Part shown: positions 25,501 to 40,500 of the stretch, in pieces
Numbering within the stretch: position 1 is the first letter of the stretch
How the letters are laid out: each line of letters starts with the position of its first letter
NCBI GenBank assembly: GCA_043826565.1
Contig: JBDRPX010000003.1
Location: forward strand, 3,614-67,613
Direction: 5' to 3'
DNA length: 64,000 bases
Origin: Candidatus Omnitrophota bacterium
GTDB lineage: Bacteria; Omnitrophota; Gorgyraeia; B26-G9
The notes under the pieces: model-generated
Told to the model about the DNA's origin: nothing
What the model saw: the letters and a program-made list of their open reading frames with translations, nothing else
Databases searched by the model: none
Position numbers and translations under genes: made by a program

Positions 25501-28500
25501 TTTGCCATGGGGCAGTATTTTGAAATACCGCGGGCCGCGGATATTGCCGATCAGATCCGGCCGCATGTTTACCGGATGATGGAAGATAAACTCCAGCAGG
25601 AAAAATTAACAAATAATCTTACCGCGGAAATACGGACCGCGATCAGTGACCTGAATGCCTATATGCAGCGCATGATCACCAGTAAAGCGGCGATGATGAG
25701 TTTCTACCGGGAATATTTAGCAAGTTTACAGCAGGTCAAGGATAAGCGGCTTACACAGCAAGAGCTTCAGGCTGCGGTTGATCAGTTTACCCGGCATCTA
25801 AAAGCTTATCTGGATAATGTCAATGCTTATCAGACCCGGTTCCATCATCTAAGCGCGGCTTTGAACATGGCGGGTATTGATACAGATACGCTTAGTTCGG
25901 GAACCCCGGCTGTATCCATGACGTCAAAACCGCGTTTCTTTGAATCATTACAGAGACTGGGAGTTAAAGCGGAAGATCAGCAGCGTTTGCTTTCTCCGGA
26001 AGAAGTCAGCACCAGTTTAAAAGCCGCGGAAAGTGATATTATTGTGCAGTTGAGACAGCTTAAAAACCAGATGCATGGAGATAGACAGCAGGTCATGGAG
26101 CTTATTATCGCCAGATATGAAGATATGCTCTCGGCATATCCTGTGGTGGTTAATTCTGTTTTAACTAAAGATGATTATTTTGAAGTAACCGATGAATTTG
26201 TCCGGGTTCAGATTATTCCTTTATATGAACAGCTGGTAGATATTGCTTATGATCAGGCAACGCCTTATGCGGTGCGGCAGAAGCTGGTTAAACTTATCGG
26301 CGAGGATGTTATTAAATACAAAGTGTTATTACGCGAATACCCGCGTGAAGTTGCCCAGGCGGTAATGGTTGAAGATACAATAAAGAAAATATTTGCCAGC
26401 TATAGTTCTCTCATGGGCCAGCTTGTCAGGGGCAGGGCTTTGACTGCCGGACAGCAGGCGGAATTGCAGGATGAGCTTGATGCTTTAAAACAATGGCAGT
26501 TAATTAGTCCGGTGTATAAAAAGCATAATATTGATAAGCAGGATTTACAGAATAAGATTGATGCGGAGCGTATTCTTTGGAATGCCGGTATCCGCCAGAC
26601 CACGATGAGTAATGAAGCTAATCTTCCTGACGCGGAAATCCCGCCGCATTTAGACGCGACTTTGCAGCCGGTTTATGAAACTCCTTTACAGATGATCCAG
26701 GCGGGAGTTCGTAAGGATGAATTAAGTGACCAGTTAAGAACTCAGAATTTTGACCTTGCGGTTGTGGATTGGGCCAGAGGAAACCGCTACAGCGTACTTA
26801 ATTACTTCAGATCGGTCGAAGAATTTGAAGCTTATCTCGCGAAGCATAAATTAAAAATGGAATTTTACGCGGAACTTTCTCCGCTTGAAGCGGCGGAAAA
26901 TCCCCTGGGCCGGGGCGCCAGACTATCCCGTTTTGAACTTGCTCCGCTGGAACGAAATAATATTTCTTATCAGGTATTTATTGTCAGAGAAGACGGAACA
27001 ACTCTGGGCAAGGTTGAATTCAGCAGTGAAATGCTTAAAGATAAGATCGAAAAAAAGCAGGCCTATATCCGGGCTCAGCATGCTCAGGCAGACCAGATGC
27101 TTAATGCCGGTTATGCGGTGCAGATGAGTACAAATCCGAATTATCCGGGATTCTGGGAAACTAAAGTTAGAGATTGGCAGGCCGCGGAGATCATGCCGGA
27201 AGTTGATCTAAAGGATAAATTACCTAAACTTAATGAGCAGGGTTTCCCGATTTTATATCTGGTTACTACAGATGCCCAGGGAGTACAGGTCAAGATCGAA
27301 ATCGGTGCGTACCGTTATATCCAGGGTAAATTGGTGGAAGTTAATCCGGATGAAGAAGATGTTAAATTTATCATTAAATCAACCATAAAGAATAATGACC
27401 CGGAAACCGGAGATCTGATACTTTTCGGAGTTAAGGCTATAGAAAGAAGAATCGCTCTGGTTACTTATGGTGAATATCTTACCCGGCTAAAAGCGATGAA
27501 TATGGCGGATTCAATTAAAGCCGGGGAACTGTGGAAAAAATTTGAAACTCTAACTCCCTTATTCGGGGCGATTACCGAAAGCTATCAGGCGGTCGGTGTT
27601 TCCCGGGTTGGGTTTAATCTGTGGATGGCTTTAAGCGGCTTAGGTTTGCCGAATACTCCAAAAGAAGAAGATATCCTGAATTTCTTTAAACAGAAATGGG
27701 GCGAAGACGATTACGAAAAATTCGTAAAGTTTATCATGGAAGCGCCGAATCCTTCGGATCCGGAACACGAGAAAAAATTATACGAGCATATTAACAGAAC
27801 CCTAGGTTTAAAAACCAAGCAGGAGATCGCTTACGCGAAATGGGTTCTTTACATGGTTGATAGTATCGCGGAGAGCACCGGTAAGACCAGAAATGATGAC
27901 GGCTTATTAAAAGGAGTCTTCTCTTATTTCCGCGGCACAGAAATAAACTTAATGACAATTGCCGGAGATGTATTTAAAGTAACCGATGCTCAAGGGGTAA
28001 AATTCTTAGGTAGAGGGATTACTGCCAGTACCGAAGGATGGCAGCGTTTAGCTACAGCTTATGGAATAACTTTTGATGTTTCCAGTTTATTTGATGTAAT
28101 CCTTACGGATAAAGAATTCCGGGATGTTAATTATGAGGATCTAATCCGTACCTATGCTTTTGGTTATCCGAAATTCGGCAATCCTGCGGATCAGCGTAAA
28201 TATCTCGGTCAATTAATGAATTCTTATGCTTTTGGTATGACCGTAAAACGTGACGGCGGATTCTTAGGCATTGGCGCTAAGACCGAACATTTATTCGGCC
28301 GGGTTTATCAGGATAAAGATGAGTTTAATAGGGCGAATCTGCAAAGAGTCGGCATGATCAGGCTGGCTAAACTGGGAATTGGATGGCCGGTTTATATTAG
28401 CCGTACGCCCGCAACTAATCCTAATACCGGAGCAGTGGAAGTAAGAGAAGAGATCATAATATTCGGCTTAAGAGGATACCATGATAGGCAGACAGAGTTA

Positions 28501-31500
28501 GCTGAAGAAAGCCTTAATAATGCGCATACTTATATCAGCGGACAACAAGGAGAGGGTTTAGTTATCGCCAATACCTATGGCCGAAGCGCGCCGATTGTCC
28601 GCGAGCAAACAGGATCTTTAGATCAGCCGGCACAGCGTCAGCAGATATATGATTTCTTATCATCGAATATAAACGGCCAAAGCGGAACAATTGCCGAGCA
28701 GCATCGTTTTAGCGGTGATAAAGGATTTACTCAGGATGAAGGCCAGGGAACTTTATACGGCAATTCTTTAACCGGATTTGTCTTTGATCTGGTGGACGCA
28801 AGATTAGAACAGCAGGCAATTACGGATTATGTCGTGGATACTCCGAGCTTAATGGTCTATCGTCATGATCCGACTTCTAAGCAGAGAAGCAGAACGAGGT
28901 TGATCGGCATATCTGATTCTTTTGATACCGCTTCTTATACCGGCCGTCCGGAGGAATTGTACGCGACAACCGGTCCGCAGGCATATTATGGCAAGAGATT
29001 ACTCGCGGAATATCAGAGAACCGGAGATAAGAAATATTTAGACCAGGCTTTGGTGATTTACGGATTGCTTAGGGAACGCCAGGTTGCTAACGGCGGTTTT
29101 ATAAAGGCTCCGCAGCGCGGGGATCTCCGGGATAGAGAAGAGGATCAGGATAAGATCATCTCTGGTGAAGAAAATATTGCGGCGCTCAGCTTCTTAAGAG
29201 ATCTTGCGGAAATTATCAAAGGTGATAAACAGTACCGAAAAATTAATAAAGATCTGAGCACAAGATTACATAATGCGGTTAATTTTGTGTATTCATCATT
29301 ATATGACAAACAGACAAATACTTTTACCCGCGGGTTAAACTTTGAGGATAATCAATGGCGCAGGGACGGTGTTATGGCCATAGATGTGCTTAATTTATTG
29401 ATCTTAGAAGAGGGCGCGGATAATCTCGCGCAGCGCATCGGCGCGGATAATCTTATCGTGTTATGGGACCAGAAAGAACGTACAACGCTTGCTGCGGTAA
29501 CAACACAGCGTGCTGACGGAACCAGTGTTACGGTTACCGGTCATGACTGGACAGATAGTACCGGCCGGGGAGATCGTGCTGCCGCGGTGTTTGTCGAACA
29601 GACTTTTATTGATTCTTTAGCGCATTTGGAAATGGCGGCATTATTTAAAAACGCGGGTAATGCGGCTCGTGCGCAGCAGGAATTAAATACCTATAAAACT
29701 CATTTAAGTGAATGTGATAAACTGGCGGTTCATGTCGAAGGCAGAGGAGTTGTTTATCCGTATGCGTCTATGAGCGGGATTAAGCCGTTTAGCGATTCAA
29801 ATCGGATAATCCCGGAGCATTTTGGTAATACTTCCGCTACAGCCTGGGGATTCTTTGCTAAATCCCGGTATAATCTTTTTGGTAATAGAACCCTGGATGC
29901 GGATACTGTTATTGATCGAGTTACTCCGAGTTTTACGAATACTTTGGCCGGCCGGATCCGGGAAGAAGCCGCCAGGCAGATAGAATTATTACCGAATAGA
30001 ATGCAGAACGCGGTGAATGGTTCCTATGAGAAAAAATTAACTTCCGGCCGTCAGTCAATTGATCAGGCCGTAGAAAAATTAGAAGCTTTAATGCTCCGCG
30101 CGGCGGATGATATTACTCCGAGTGTTGATGAAGATTACTTGATCGCTTTTGATAATGAAGCAAGTATATATTGGTTCTGGAGCGCGGAACAGCAGAAAGT
30201 TGTGGAAGTGACCATGATTGCTGATAGCGAGAGTATTAAACGTGACCTGGCGAATCTGCAATTATCTTATGAATACGCCAAATTGCGGCAGTCCATGCGG
30301 CAGGACAATCTAAGTGGTTTGGAAATTACAAGTATTGACGGTGCTCCCATACGTTTACCCAGCGAATTGAACACGCAAACATTAGACGGCCAGCCGTTCC
30401 ATATTCCGGCAGGTTCCGCCGGTGTTGTCATCGGTCATGATCTGCTTTTAAGAAAACTCAATGAAATTGACGCATTGCCTTTAGCGCAGCAGCGTCAAAT
30501 CGAACGCCGCGGCTGGATGCTGGTCGATACTCTCGGCAATATCCTGGGTACGGATGATAAAACACCGGTTCGGGTTCGTTTATTATTCCCTTCAGGCAGT
30601 TGGCAGAGAACCAGAAATAATCCGGATACCGGAGTAGAGGAGACATTACATTTTAGAGGCGGATATGGTTTAGAAAAAGTGGTTACGGATAATTATACTT
30701 CTATAACAAGTTATAATGAGGTCGGCCTTGCAAACCGGGTAATTACTTTTAAACGAGATGCCGGAGAAGAACCAAAAGTAAGAGAGCTTACCGGAAATGC
30801 GCTTGATGAATTCATCATGACCGGTAACTTTAAAGAAATTGCCGGAGTAATTGAAATAAGAAATATTACCGCCCAGGATTTTAAAGGCAGTATTGTTTTA
30901 GCTGATTTAGAGCCGGTAGTCGAAGAGTTTGTCAGAACGCATAGACAATATCTAATTGCCAGAGGTACTCTAAAGCGTGATAGTACCGCGGAAGAAAGAA
31001 AAGCGCTGGTGAAGACAATGTCCGCGGATTTACAGCAGCAGCTTATAGCTAACGGTTATTTAAATGAAAACGGAGATATTTTAGATAAATTTAAAATATT
31101 GCCTGATTCTACCGCGCTTAATATTTCTGATGAATTTACCAGGATGCGGGAAGCTGTTTATAACCGCGTTCTTCGTGCTCTTGATTGGCACAGGATCGGA
31201 TATAGCGTGGATAACCCGGTATTAAACGCGCAGCAGTTGGAAGTATTTACTCCGGCTTCCCGCCAGGCGACCTGGACAATTACCGATACGAAAGTTAAAC
31301 TGGCTTTTCCCAATGAATTCGGACATGTTCAGAGAGCGGATATCTGGCATCAGGATGGAACGATGGATCAGCCGAAGCGCGGTATTTTAGGCTGGCAGGA
31401 AACAACCCTAAACCGGGATAAAACAAATCATGAATTGACAATCCACAGTATTAATCTGCTGAATGACCGGGAAAAAGATACGGTTTTTGATTTATCCTAT

Positions 31501-34500
31501 GCCGGCCGGGAATTGCGCAATAGCATTGCCGGTGCCAATAGAAGACACACCATGCATTATGAGGATGATCATTATTTAGGCCTGGTTCCGAGACTGATCG
31601 ATATCGACGGATTTAATACCGGCAACAGATTAGGATATATTGATATTCGTCCCGGCGGTTATGATCGGGATCAGCGTATGACAACCGGTTATCATTATGA
31701 TGTCAGCAAGATCAATGGTATCGGAACAACCATAACTGATTTTGATAAGGTCAGGCGCGGTGTTCCGACGATGATGATCTGGGATTATCATTATGAATCT
31801 CCGGTTCAGATCCACAGTGCCTTGAGGTCCACTTTTATCGAACATAATCGATATGAAACAGCCTATGATACTCAAAAGAGAGTCCGCGTGCTTAACCTTG
31901 GCAATACCGGAGAGATTATTGAAACCGGTAATGCTTCCTATAATAAGGGAGCAAAACAATGGACAGAAAATACTACTGTATTCCATACTCAAGCTCAGGG
32001 TATTGTAAGCCGCACTCAGCGCAGCCAAAGTAATATCTATGGTAAGCAGAACGCGGTATGGACAGGCAGTGAATTAATGCGTGTTCCGGCATATAACCCT
32101 GACGATATCGAGATCAGGACCGATACCTTCCGGGTAAATCCGGCTAATGGTGAATATGATCTTCTCTACCGTGTGGATGATACTTATGCCTGGAGCAATA
32201 TGCGGCGTACCGCACGTTCGCGTGTTTTTGTTGATGGAAAGCAGTATTCGACAACTTCCATACAGCAGGATATAGAAGGAAGAGATGAATTTTTGACCGT
32301 TACGTTTGATGATCTGATATTCGGCGATTTGATCATTGCCAGAACGACCAATACTTATGACGGAGCGACGGAGCGCAGAAAACAATCAGTTACGGATGTT
32401 AACGGAACGACCAGGACAACAAATGATACAACTGGAGTTACTAAACTTCCGGATGGAAGCTTTATTGAACAAGTTCGGATAACTCCGGCATATGGAATGT
32501 CCCGTGAAGCATTATTTCCGATAACCAATAATTATTACGGCCGGCATTTACGCGAAACCTTGGCCAATGGATATTTTGCTCTGCCGGAATGGATCGAAGG
32601 TACCGGTCTTGCCAGAAATGTGGTCTTAAGTAAGCCGGACGGAACAGTAGTCAATATTTTTGGTAAGAGACTGCATACAGAATTACCGAATAGCGATTAT
32701 GATGAATCCTATATCTACCGCAATGCCGTATTTGATCCGCAGAATAGAATGTCGGAAGATAATATGCTTATGAGCACAAAGGCGATGTATCCGGGCACAG
32801 AATTGGGATTATATAGTATTGCCGGAAAAGAACAGACTTATTTTAATCTGCTGGTTCCTTTTGAATATCCGCTGGTAACCCGCTACGCCGAACAGGGCGG
32901 ATTCAGAGCTCAATTGCACAGAATGTATGATCCTAATGTAACAGCACAGATTAATCGGGTTACCCGGGTATATCAACAGCCGGAAACTCCGGAAGGAGCT
33001 ATCCCGGCCGGCGGAGAAATGCTGGATTTAAGAGATATTGATCTGAGAGGTTTTAAACCGCGGAAGGTCACGGAAAAATCTCAGGATATTCTGGGCGGAT
33101 TAACCGGTTTACAATGGGGAATCACCGAGATCGCTCCCCGGGCGGTCTATGACGGAGCGGATATATTATCCCGTACGGTTACTGAAGAAATAGAAAAAGT
33201 AGGATTTACCTATGCTGCCGGTTTTCTTGTCGATAGAAACAACGGAGAGTATGGATTTGCCGCTTCCAGACAGACAGCGCAGGATATCCCGATTAATCAG
33301 GGTGCCTCAACAGCACAGGATAAAGAGCGGGAAATTCCTACGGCAATGACGATTAAAAAGCTTGACGGAGGAGCATTCCGTACAATTAACCTTACCTTAG
33401 ATAGAGTTTCCCGTAATAATCCTTATTTTCCTTATGTAAAAGGTATGGAATGGAGAGTATATCGAGTAGAGCGGGAAATGGTCAGCGGTAAAAAAGGATA
33501 TACCTCGGAGTATTGGTTTGATGTCCGCGGTAATATGTGGTGCATGATCGATTCTGATTTTGAAGAAGCTGAAGATTACAGTTTGTTTGGTTTTATGAAA
33601 GGGAAAAAAGAAAAAGTAGACCGAAAGAGAATTGTCTATCGTTTACCGGCATCGGAAGAGTATCTTGAGAATTTCCGGCGGGATGCTTTATCTGATCCGA
33701 ATAAATATGTGTTTAGCCGGCCGGATAATTTTGAACTTGCGCAATCTTATTTTCTGGGTTTTTATGTTGGCGATATTGATGTGCAGGAACTTGTGATCAA
33801 AGATGCCAGCGGTAAGGAAGTCCGGGTTGTGCACGGTAAGCCGGATTATAAAAACGGCGTTGCTCCGTTCTATAACCCGCTGATCAGCAGAGAATATGTG
33901 CCCAAGAGTGAAGAGCCGACACGCATTGTTATGGCGGAAGTCGATTCTGATGACTGGGCGAATAATAATGTCTGCATGGTTTCCAGTACTCAGCTGGCTA
34001 AAGCCGGCCTGGATATTTCCCGTATTGTTTCGGTAACGGTAAATTATCAAAGACAAACCGATACCAGCGGCCGTGAAAAACAAGGATGGATTTCCGAAAT
34101 GATTCTCATGGATAATCATGCTTCCGGGAATCGTCAGGTCAAGATGGAAGAGTTTGCCAACCGGACAATGGTTAACCGTAAGGGTATTAATAATGAGCTG
34201 ATAGTTGTCGAACGGCAGAAACCGGAAACGCTTATTGAGCAGGACCCGCTTTTCGGCCGGGATACAACTTATCAGATCTTTTTTAAAGATAAGAATTTGA
34301 AACTGGTTATTTATAACCGCGCGGAAAAGGTCCAGAAATATCCGTTTATGCTGGTCATTGATACGACTCAGCCGGATATGCCTAAACCATTATACGCTTT
34401 ATCTCCGCAGGACGGTGAATTCTACCGCATCAGCGGAGTGCAGGTTGACGGAGACAGGTTGAAGCTGGAAGCTATGCCGATCGGATTCCTGGCTCCGGAA

Positions 34501-37500
34501 TGGTATAATTATAATCCGAATGTTATTACTTTTGAGGTTCCGGAAGAAGTTATTTACGGAGTGGAAAACGCGGTGGAAGTAAAAGCCGGCCGCAGTGATT
34601 CTCTGAACCGGATCTCTTCTAATTTCTTCAGCTGGGCGTATAATAAAGTCGCGCATGGCGATAATTCCTTTAGTGACAGTATTCGTGACGCGGTACAGCT
34701 GGCCGAAGAAATGGATAAATTATATTTATTAGCGGAATCTTTTGTCGATACTGACCTGCCGCTTCCTTCGGCAGCGGCTAAGCCGATCACAATTACTCCC
34801 AGTGATGTTTTGCGGGAAAAGATCACGCCTCATGAAAACGGTCTGATCCTGCACGGAGAAGGAAATCATTATGTAAATACAGGAAAAGAAGCGCAGATGA
34901 TCCTGGAGCTTTTACGTATCGGTTACGTCGGACAGGCAAAGAGCGCGCTGGATTTTTATTGGCTTCGTTTTTATGAGGGCGGTTTGGATATGGTTTCCGG
35001 AACTTATGATGTTGAGTCCGGGGAACCGATCGAGGATGATGTGCGTTTTATCAGAAAGCCGTTCGCGGAAATGACCAGTGATGACCAAATGGCGATTGCC
35101 CGGGCCGCGCTGGCTTATTATGAAAGAACCGGCGATCAGAAATATTACGATCTGGCCAGAGATATCACGATGAGTGTACTGCGTTTATTCTATGTCGGAA
35201 AGATCACTCCGGAAGAAGCCGGCCCATCGCAATTAACGGGATTTGGCGAAGGAGTAAAAGGCCTGGCGAATGCGTACTTTAATCTGGATGAATCAGAAAC
35301 CCCAAAATTTAGACAGACTGATGATCCGCTGGCTTATGGGATTACCAAATACAGATATCGTCCGGACACATCTTTTGTTGACGGTTTTGCGAAATGGGCC
35401 CGTCCGGAAAAATATGAGATAGGTACTCAGCGCACTGCGTATCAGCTGTTAAGACGTTTGAGTACTCATGAGCGGGGAACTGATTTTGGCCGGGAGATCG
35501 CTACTCACTTAGGAGAATTAGAATCCTGGTTTGAAGAGTTTAAAAAACGATATGCCCAAAACGGAGTTGTCCCTAAAGGGATAACGGAAATTATTGAAGT
35601 TAATACCAATACTTCGGCATTGTCCAAAGAGGTTTGGACATCTTCCGCCGACTGGCTGGCCTATATAGAGCAGATGTATGATATTTACACAAAGGATGGC
35701 ATTTTTACTGATGAGGAAAAAGAATATTTAAATACTTGTCTGGACAATTTAAGAAAAGCGCATGGTTTTGAGATTAACGGGTATTGGGGGCTGGATTTTG
35801 GTATACCTTTGAGCCGTTCGCCGGCAATATCACCGGCTTTAACCTACCGGTTTATGAAAATAGCCGAATCTGTGGGCCATGAAAATACTAAGGCAATGGC
35901 CGCGATGGCCTCGGATTCTTTATTCCGCATCAAGCGGGATCTTGGATTTATCCCGGAAGTTTATACTGCTTCCGGAGCCGAACATGTATTAACTTTCCAG
36001 AGAAAAGGAGAGGCTGTCCGCAGGATTAACGGAGAATACGCCGAAGACATATTAACCAGCCTGCGTTTTGTTATTCCGCTGGCTGAGCCGGAAATGCCGG
36101 AACCGGAAACTCTGGGAAGGCAAACTTTATGGACTGCTTTATGGCAGAGAAACGCGGATTTCTGGAAATCTTACGGTTATAAAACTCCGGATCAAATAAA
36201 AGTGAATACCTTAATTAGCGGCACTTTGGTATTTCTGATCATTTGGAGCATGATGTGGTGGACATATTGGAAGATAAAACACAGTAAAAAAACACTGGAT
36301 AAAAAATACGCGAAGTCTAAAGAAAAAGGCGCGTTGATCTATGAAAATCCGAGTATACTGGCAGAGCAGGCGAGAATTGACGCGATGTTCACTCCGGCCG
36401 CGCCGGCGGAAAGTATGTTTAACGGCAGGGTTAATACCGGAGAACTGATCGCGCCTTTTACCGGAGAAATAGAAGCGCGGATCAATGCGGATCATGCTTT
36501 GCTGGAGATCAGAAAGAAAGGGAAAATAGAGCAGGCAAAAAATACGCTATTAAATCTTTTAATTGCCGACCTTGTTTCCCGCGGTTATATTGTGGATTCC
36601 GGCGGAGTAACTAACGCGTTCCTGGCATTATCCGGGCCGGAAGATATGAACTTAAATGACGTATATATGGGGCAGAGGGCCGAGATCTATAAGCTCATCA
36701 AAGCGGCGGCAGATAAATACCGCGGGGATGCGAACCGGCAAAAATATTTAGATGAGTTGAAAGGCCGGGAAGAAGAGCTTAAAAGAGTATTTTTCAGTGA
36801 CGGCCCGGTAGAAGGCAACTTCCTGGCGAATTTAAAAGTATTGTATCAGTTTATCTGGGCCTGGAGAAAAGACGTGCTCCGCAGCAAACTTGCCGAAGAA
36901 GAGGGCCTTACGGATCTTAGCGAAGCAGAGCTTGAAGAACGTTTATATAGTTCTAATGACCAATGGCTCAACGGACTAGGCGAATATTCTCTGGTCATCT
37001 CACTTATATTAAGGAAGATAATTTTTGACCGGAATAAAGACAGTAAGTTAAGTGAAGACGGAAATAAATTTAAATCACGGCTTGACCGTTATCTTGGTGA
37101 ATACGCGTTTAATATTAGAAATCTTTTAGCGGATATGAAAGATGACCCGCAGGCGCTTAATGACCAGATGGAACTTGTGTTAAGGGATATGGGAATTGCT
37201 CCGCGGGAAGATAAAGTCGCCATGGTCAAAAATAATAAGTGGATAGATATTATTTTAAAAGCCGGCGATTGGCGGGGATGGAGCGCCTGGAAAAATTTAA
37301 ATATCCCTGAGGAAAATCCCGAGAAATTCTGGGATTCTTATCAGGCTTTTAAACAGCGAGAGGGAAGTGATATCCTGGCATTGCGTTCCTGGTTCTATGA
37401 CCTGATGTCCATTTTCCCGCATTTATTAGCTTTAGCGATCAGTATTATTGCCGCAAGCAGTGGACAGTTCGGTGCCGGCTCGATATTTACCTATATCAGC

Positions 37501-40500
37501 ACTTCTTTTGCCGGTTTCTTTGCCGCGGGAATCGCTCCCTGGATCTTAGGCGGGATCGCCGCGGTCGCGCTGATCTCCACGGTTGGCGGAAAATTCGTAA
37601 AATACAAAATGCGTTTTGATAAGGATCAGCCTTATCTTGCTAAAGTAAAAGAGGGTAAGATCTGGGACGCGAATCTTTGGGAAAAAGTATCTTTGGCCAG
37701 CAGGATCGCTTTAGCTGTCGGCGCGATCTTTATGGTCCATTCTTTCCCGGCATTTACGCTTTTGCATTATATGATAAACTTTTTGTTTATCTCGGTGGCC
37801 GGGATTGAGCTCATCGGCATGGTCGTTCCGGTGCTGGAAACATTTTTCGGCACCAGATTACAGGATTTTCTGCTTTGGAGAACCGCGGTAGCTAAGAATG
37901 ACCAAGGGTCGATGGCTAAATATAACCGCCTGGAAACAGGCATGTTTAGAATTTTAAATTTTGTGTATAAATTCAAAATCGGCCGCTCAATTTTGGATTT
38001 TATCAACAGCCTGAATTTCGGGCCTTCCAAACCCGGTTCAATTCTTTTTGAATCCACGAAATATTTATTACAGCCTTCAGCTCCTTCCGGCGGTTGGCTG
38101 GGGATGATAATGGCGATAGTATCTTATATAGTCTTGACTGTAAGTTTCTTGTATGTAGGTACGTATGTCGGGCAGGCGGTTATTTCCGGATTTTTCCAGG
38201 ATGCTTTCCTGTTTGCCTGGGATGCCAAGTTCATTCTCGCGGCAGTTATTTTTGCCTTAAATAGTTATTTAATGCGTTATGCTATTTCTGTGGGCTGGTC
38301 GGCAGTGGCTTCTTTGGTCGCTGTTTTTCCGATACGTTTAGGTTTAGTTTTTGTTGTCTTTTATCTTATTTCTTTATTCCCGGTTCTGGGGTCAGGATTT
38401 GTTTTCCTGGGTCTGACCATACCGTATTTTATTCCGATCCTTTTGCTGGCCATGATGTTCGAGGAAGATATTGTAACATGGGTAACTATTCTTCGAGATA
38501 AAAGGAAAAATAAAAATTATAATGACAAACACGAAATGACTTTATTTGAATTTGCCGGCGGTGATGCCATGCGTTCATCAGTTTTTAATGATGCTAAAGA
38601 TAAAGTTGCCGAAGCTACGCATCGGGAACTGGAGCGCTGGGATTTCTTGATAAAGAAAAATGATAAAGGTATTGATTATATAAATAAGTTGCACGGCATC
38701 GAAAATAGAGATAAATTAAAGCTTTTACTGGATAATCTGCACGCGGTGGAATTCTTGCAGGGCACAACCATAGTTGACCCGTCCCAGCTTTTTGTCAAGG
38801 GACAGGAAGAAGAATGGTATGAAGATAATGATTTGCGGATCGTTTTGGAGAATGGGCATATTCCGAAAAATTTATTTGATAAGAGAATATTAGATCTATT
38901 TATAAAGACAGGAACTGTTGCAGAAGATACTAATAATCCGGGATATGTGAGGTTCGCGGAAAGTATAACTGATGAGGCAGGGTTAAATAATAATTTGAGC
39001 ACTGCTGTTACTAAGGAATTGACGGATAGATTAAAAAGAGCCCGGCCGGATTTAACAATAGAAGAGATTGACGTACTTGTTGGAAAAGAATTAGAAGGAA
39101 TAGGGAAAGAAGTAAATGAAATATGGCAGGTTGCTTCGGATATGAAGCAAAGTATTATTACCGCGATGCAGGTCAAGATGTATATGGTTTCCTTGCTTTC
39201 TTATGCCGGAGTTGCCGAAGATACCGGGACTAATTTGATCGAGATGATCCTTTCGGTTGACGGTGATCAAAAGATGAGGAATGCCAACTATGTGGTTAAT
39301 TTAGAGTCAAATTATTTCAAAGAAGATGCTAATGGCCTGCCTTCGGTAACTGATTTTTCCGACACCTCGGAACTTGGCCAGCGTTATAAAATGGCGCGCT
39401 TGATCTCGCGGTTAACTCACCGGGTTAAGCTGGTTGATTTTACAGAAGTTGTTGATGATGATGCCGAAGCTCTTTTGCGGGAATTAGCTGAGCGCGGATA
39501 CATAAACCGCGAAGGCCGGGTGCAGGAGACGTTTAAGAGATTATTGAACCGCCGCATTAACCGGAATGCTTTTAGGAGTGAAGCTTTGGTCCAAAGCCTT
39601 TTATCCGCGGGAATTATTAAGATAGATCCTCAGGATAGTAATTATGTGCGTTTTCACGGAGAAATGAGAAGCCAGTGGCAATTAGCCGAAGCTTTAAAAC
39701 AGATCGGCGGAGTGGACATTGATATGGTCGCATCTCTCTGGCAGCAGTCCAATGATGCTTCGGCAATGGAATTATCCGCCAAGTACGATGATGTTAAACA
39801 GCAGATATTTGACATTATCAAGGACAGCCATGTAAAAGCCCAGGTTGTTTTTGATGTTACTCCGTTCGGGTTTAAGTCCGCGTTTATGACCGGAAAAGAA
39901 ATGAATCCGGAAATGACCAGCCGAATTACTTCGCGTCTGATCTTAGACCGAAACGCGTATGTCGGTGATCTGAACGCGTTTTTAGTTGATTTAAAACGTA
40001 TCCGCACCGATGATACCCTGGTTGTGGTCATTCCCGGAAGAACAACCACGAATACGCTCACCTATGTGGGAAAAGCTTCGGAACTTATTGAAGCCGGGCA
40101 CCGCTCTTTTATCCGGGGCTGTATGATCATCGGCGGCCGTTCCGGAGAAAGTATTTGTACCGGCTGGGGTAATTTCCAGTCCATATCTTTGCAGAAAGTA
40201 ATGAAGATGCTCGGCGATCCGAATCTGGCGATGATGCCGACCAGCTCCCATGCTTACGCGACCCAGGGCGGATTTAAAGCGTTTATGGCCAGATTATTCG
40301 GTTTAGTGGCTTTTGACGCTGATGCCGAGCATATTAGTGAAGATGCCGCGGGTATTCATCAGGAAACAAGGATGAAGATCGGCTTGGGGATCGCGCCTTC
40401 TTTCTGGCGTTCGCGGGCTAAGTGGAGCAAATTAAGAGGAGAGAACTGGAGCCTGATGTCCTGGTTAAGCGCTTACGGCCGCTGGTCCGGAGGCCATCCG

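Noticed and set aside
30300-34550. Classical RHS toxin with immunity gene
   Set aside because: No DPxG core-end motif, toxin tip or adjacent immunity gene was seen.
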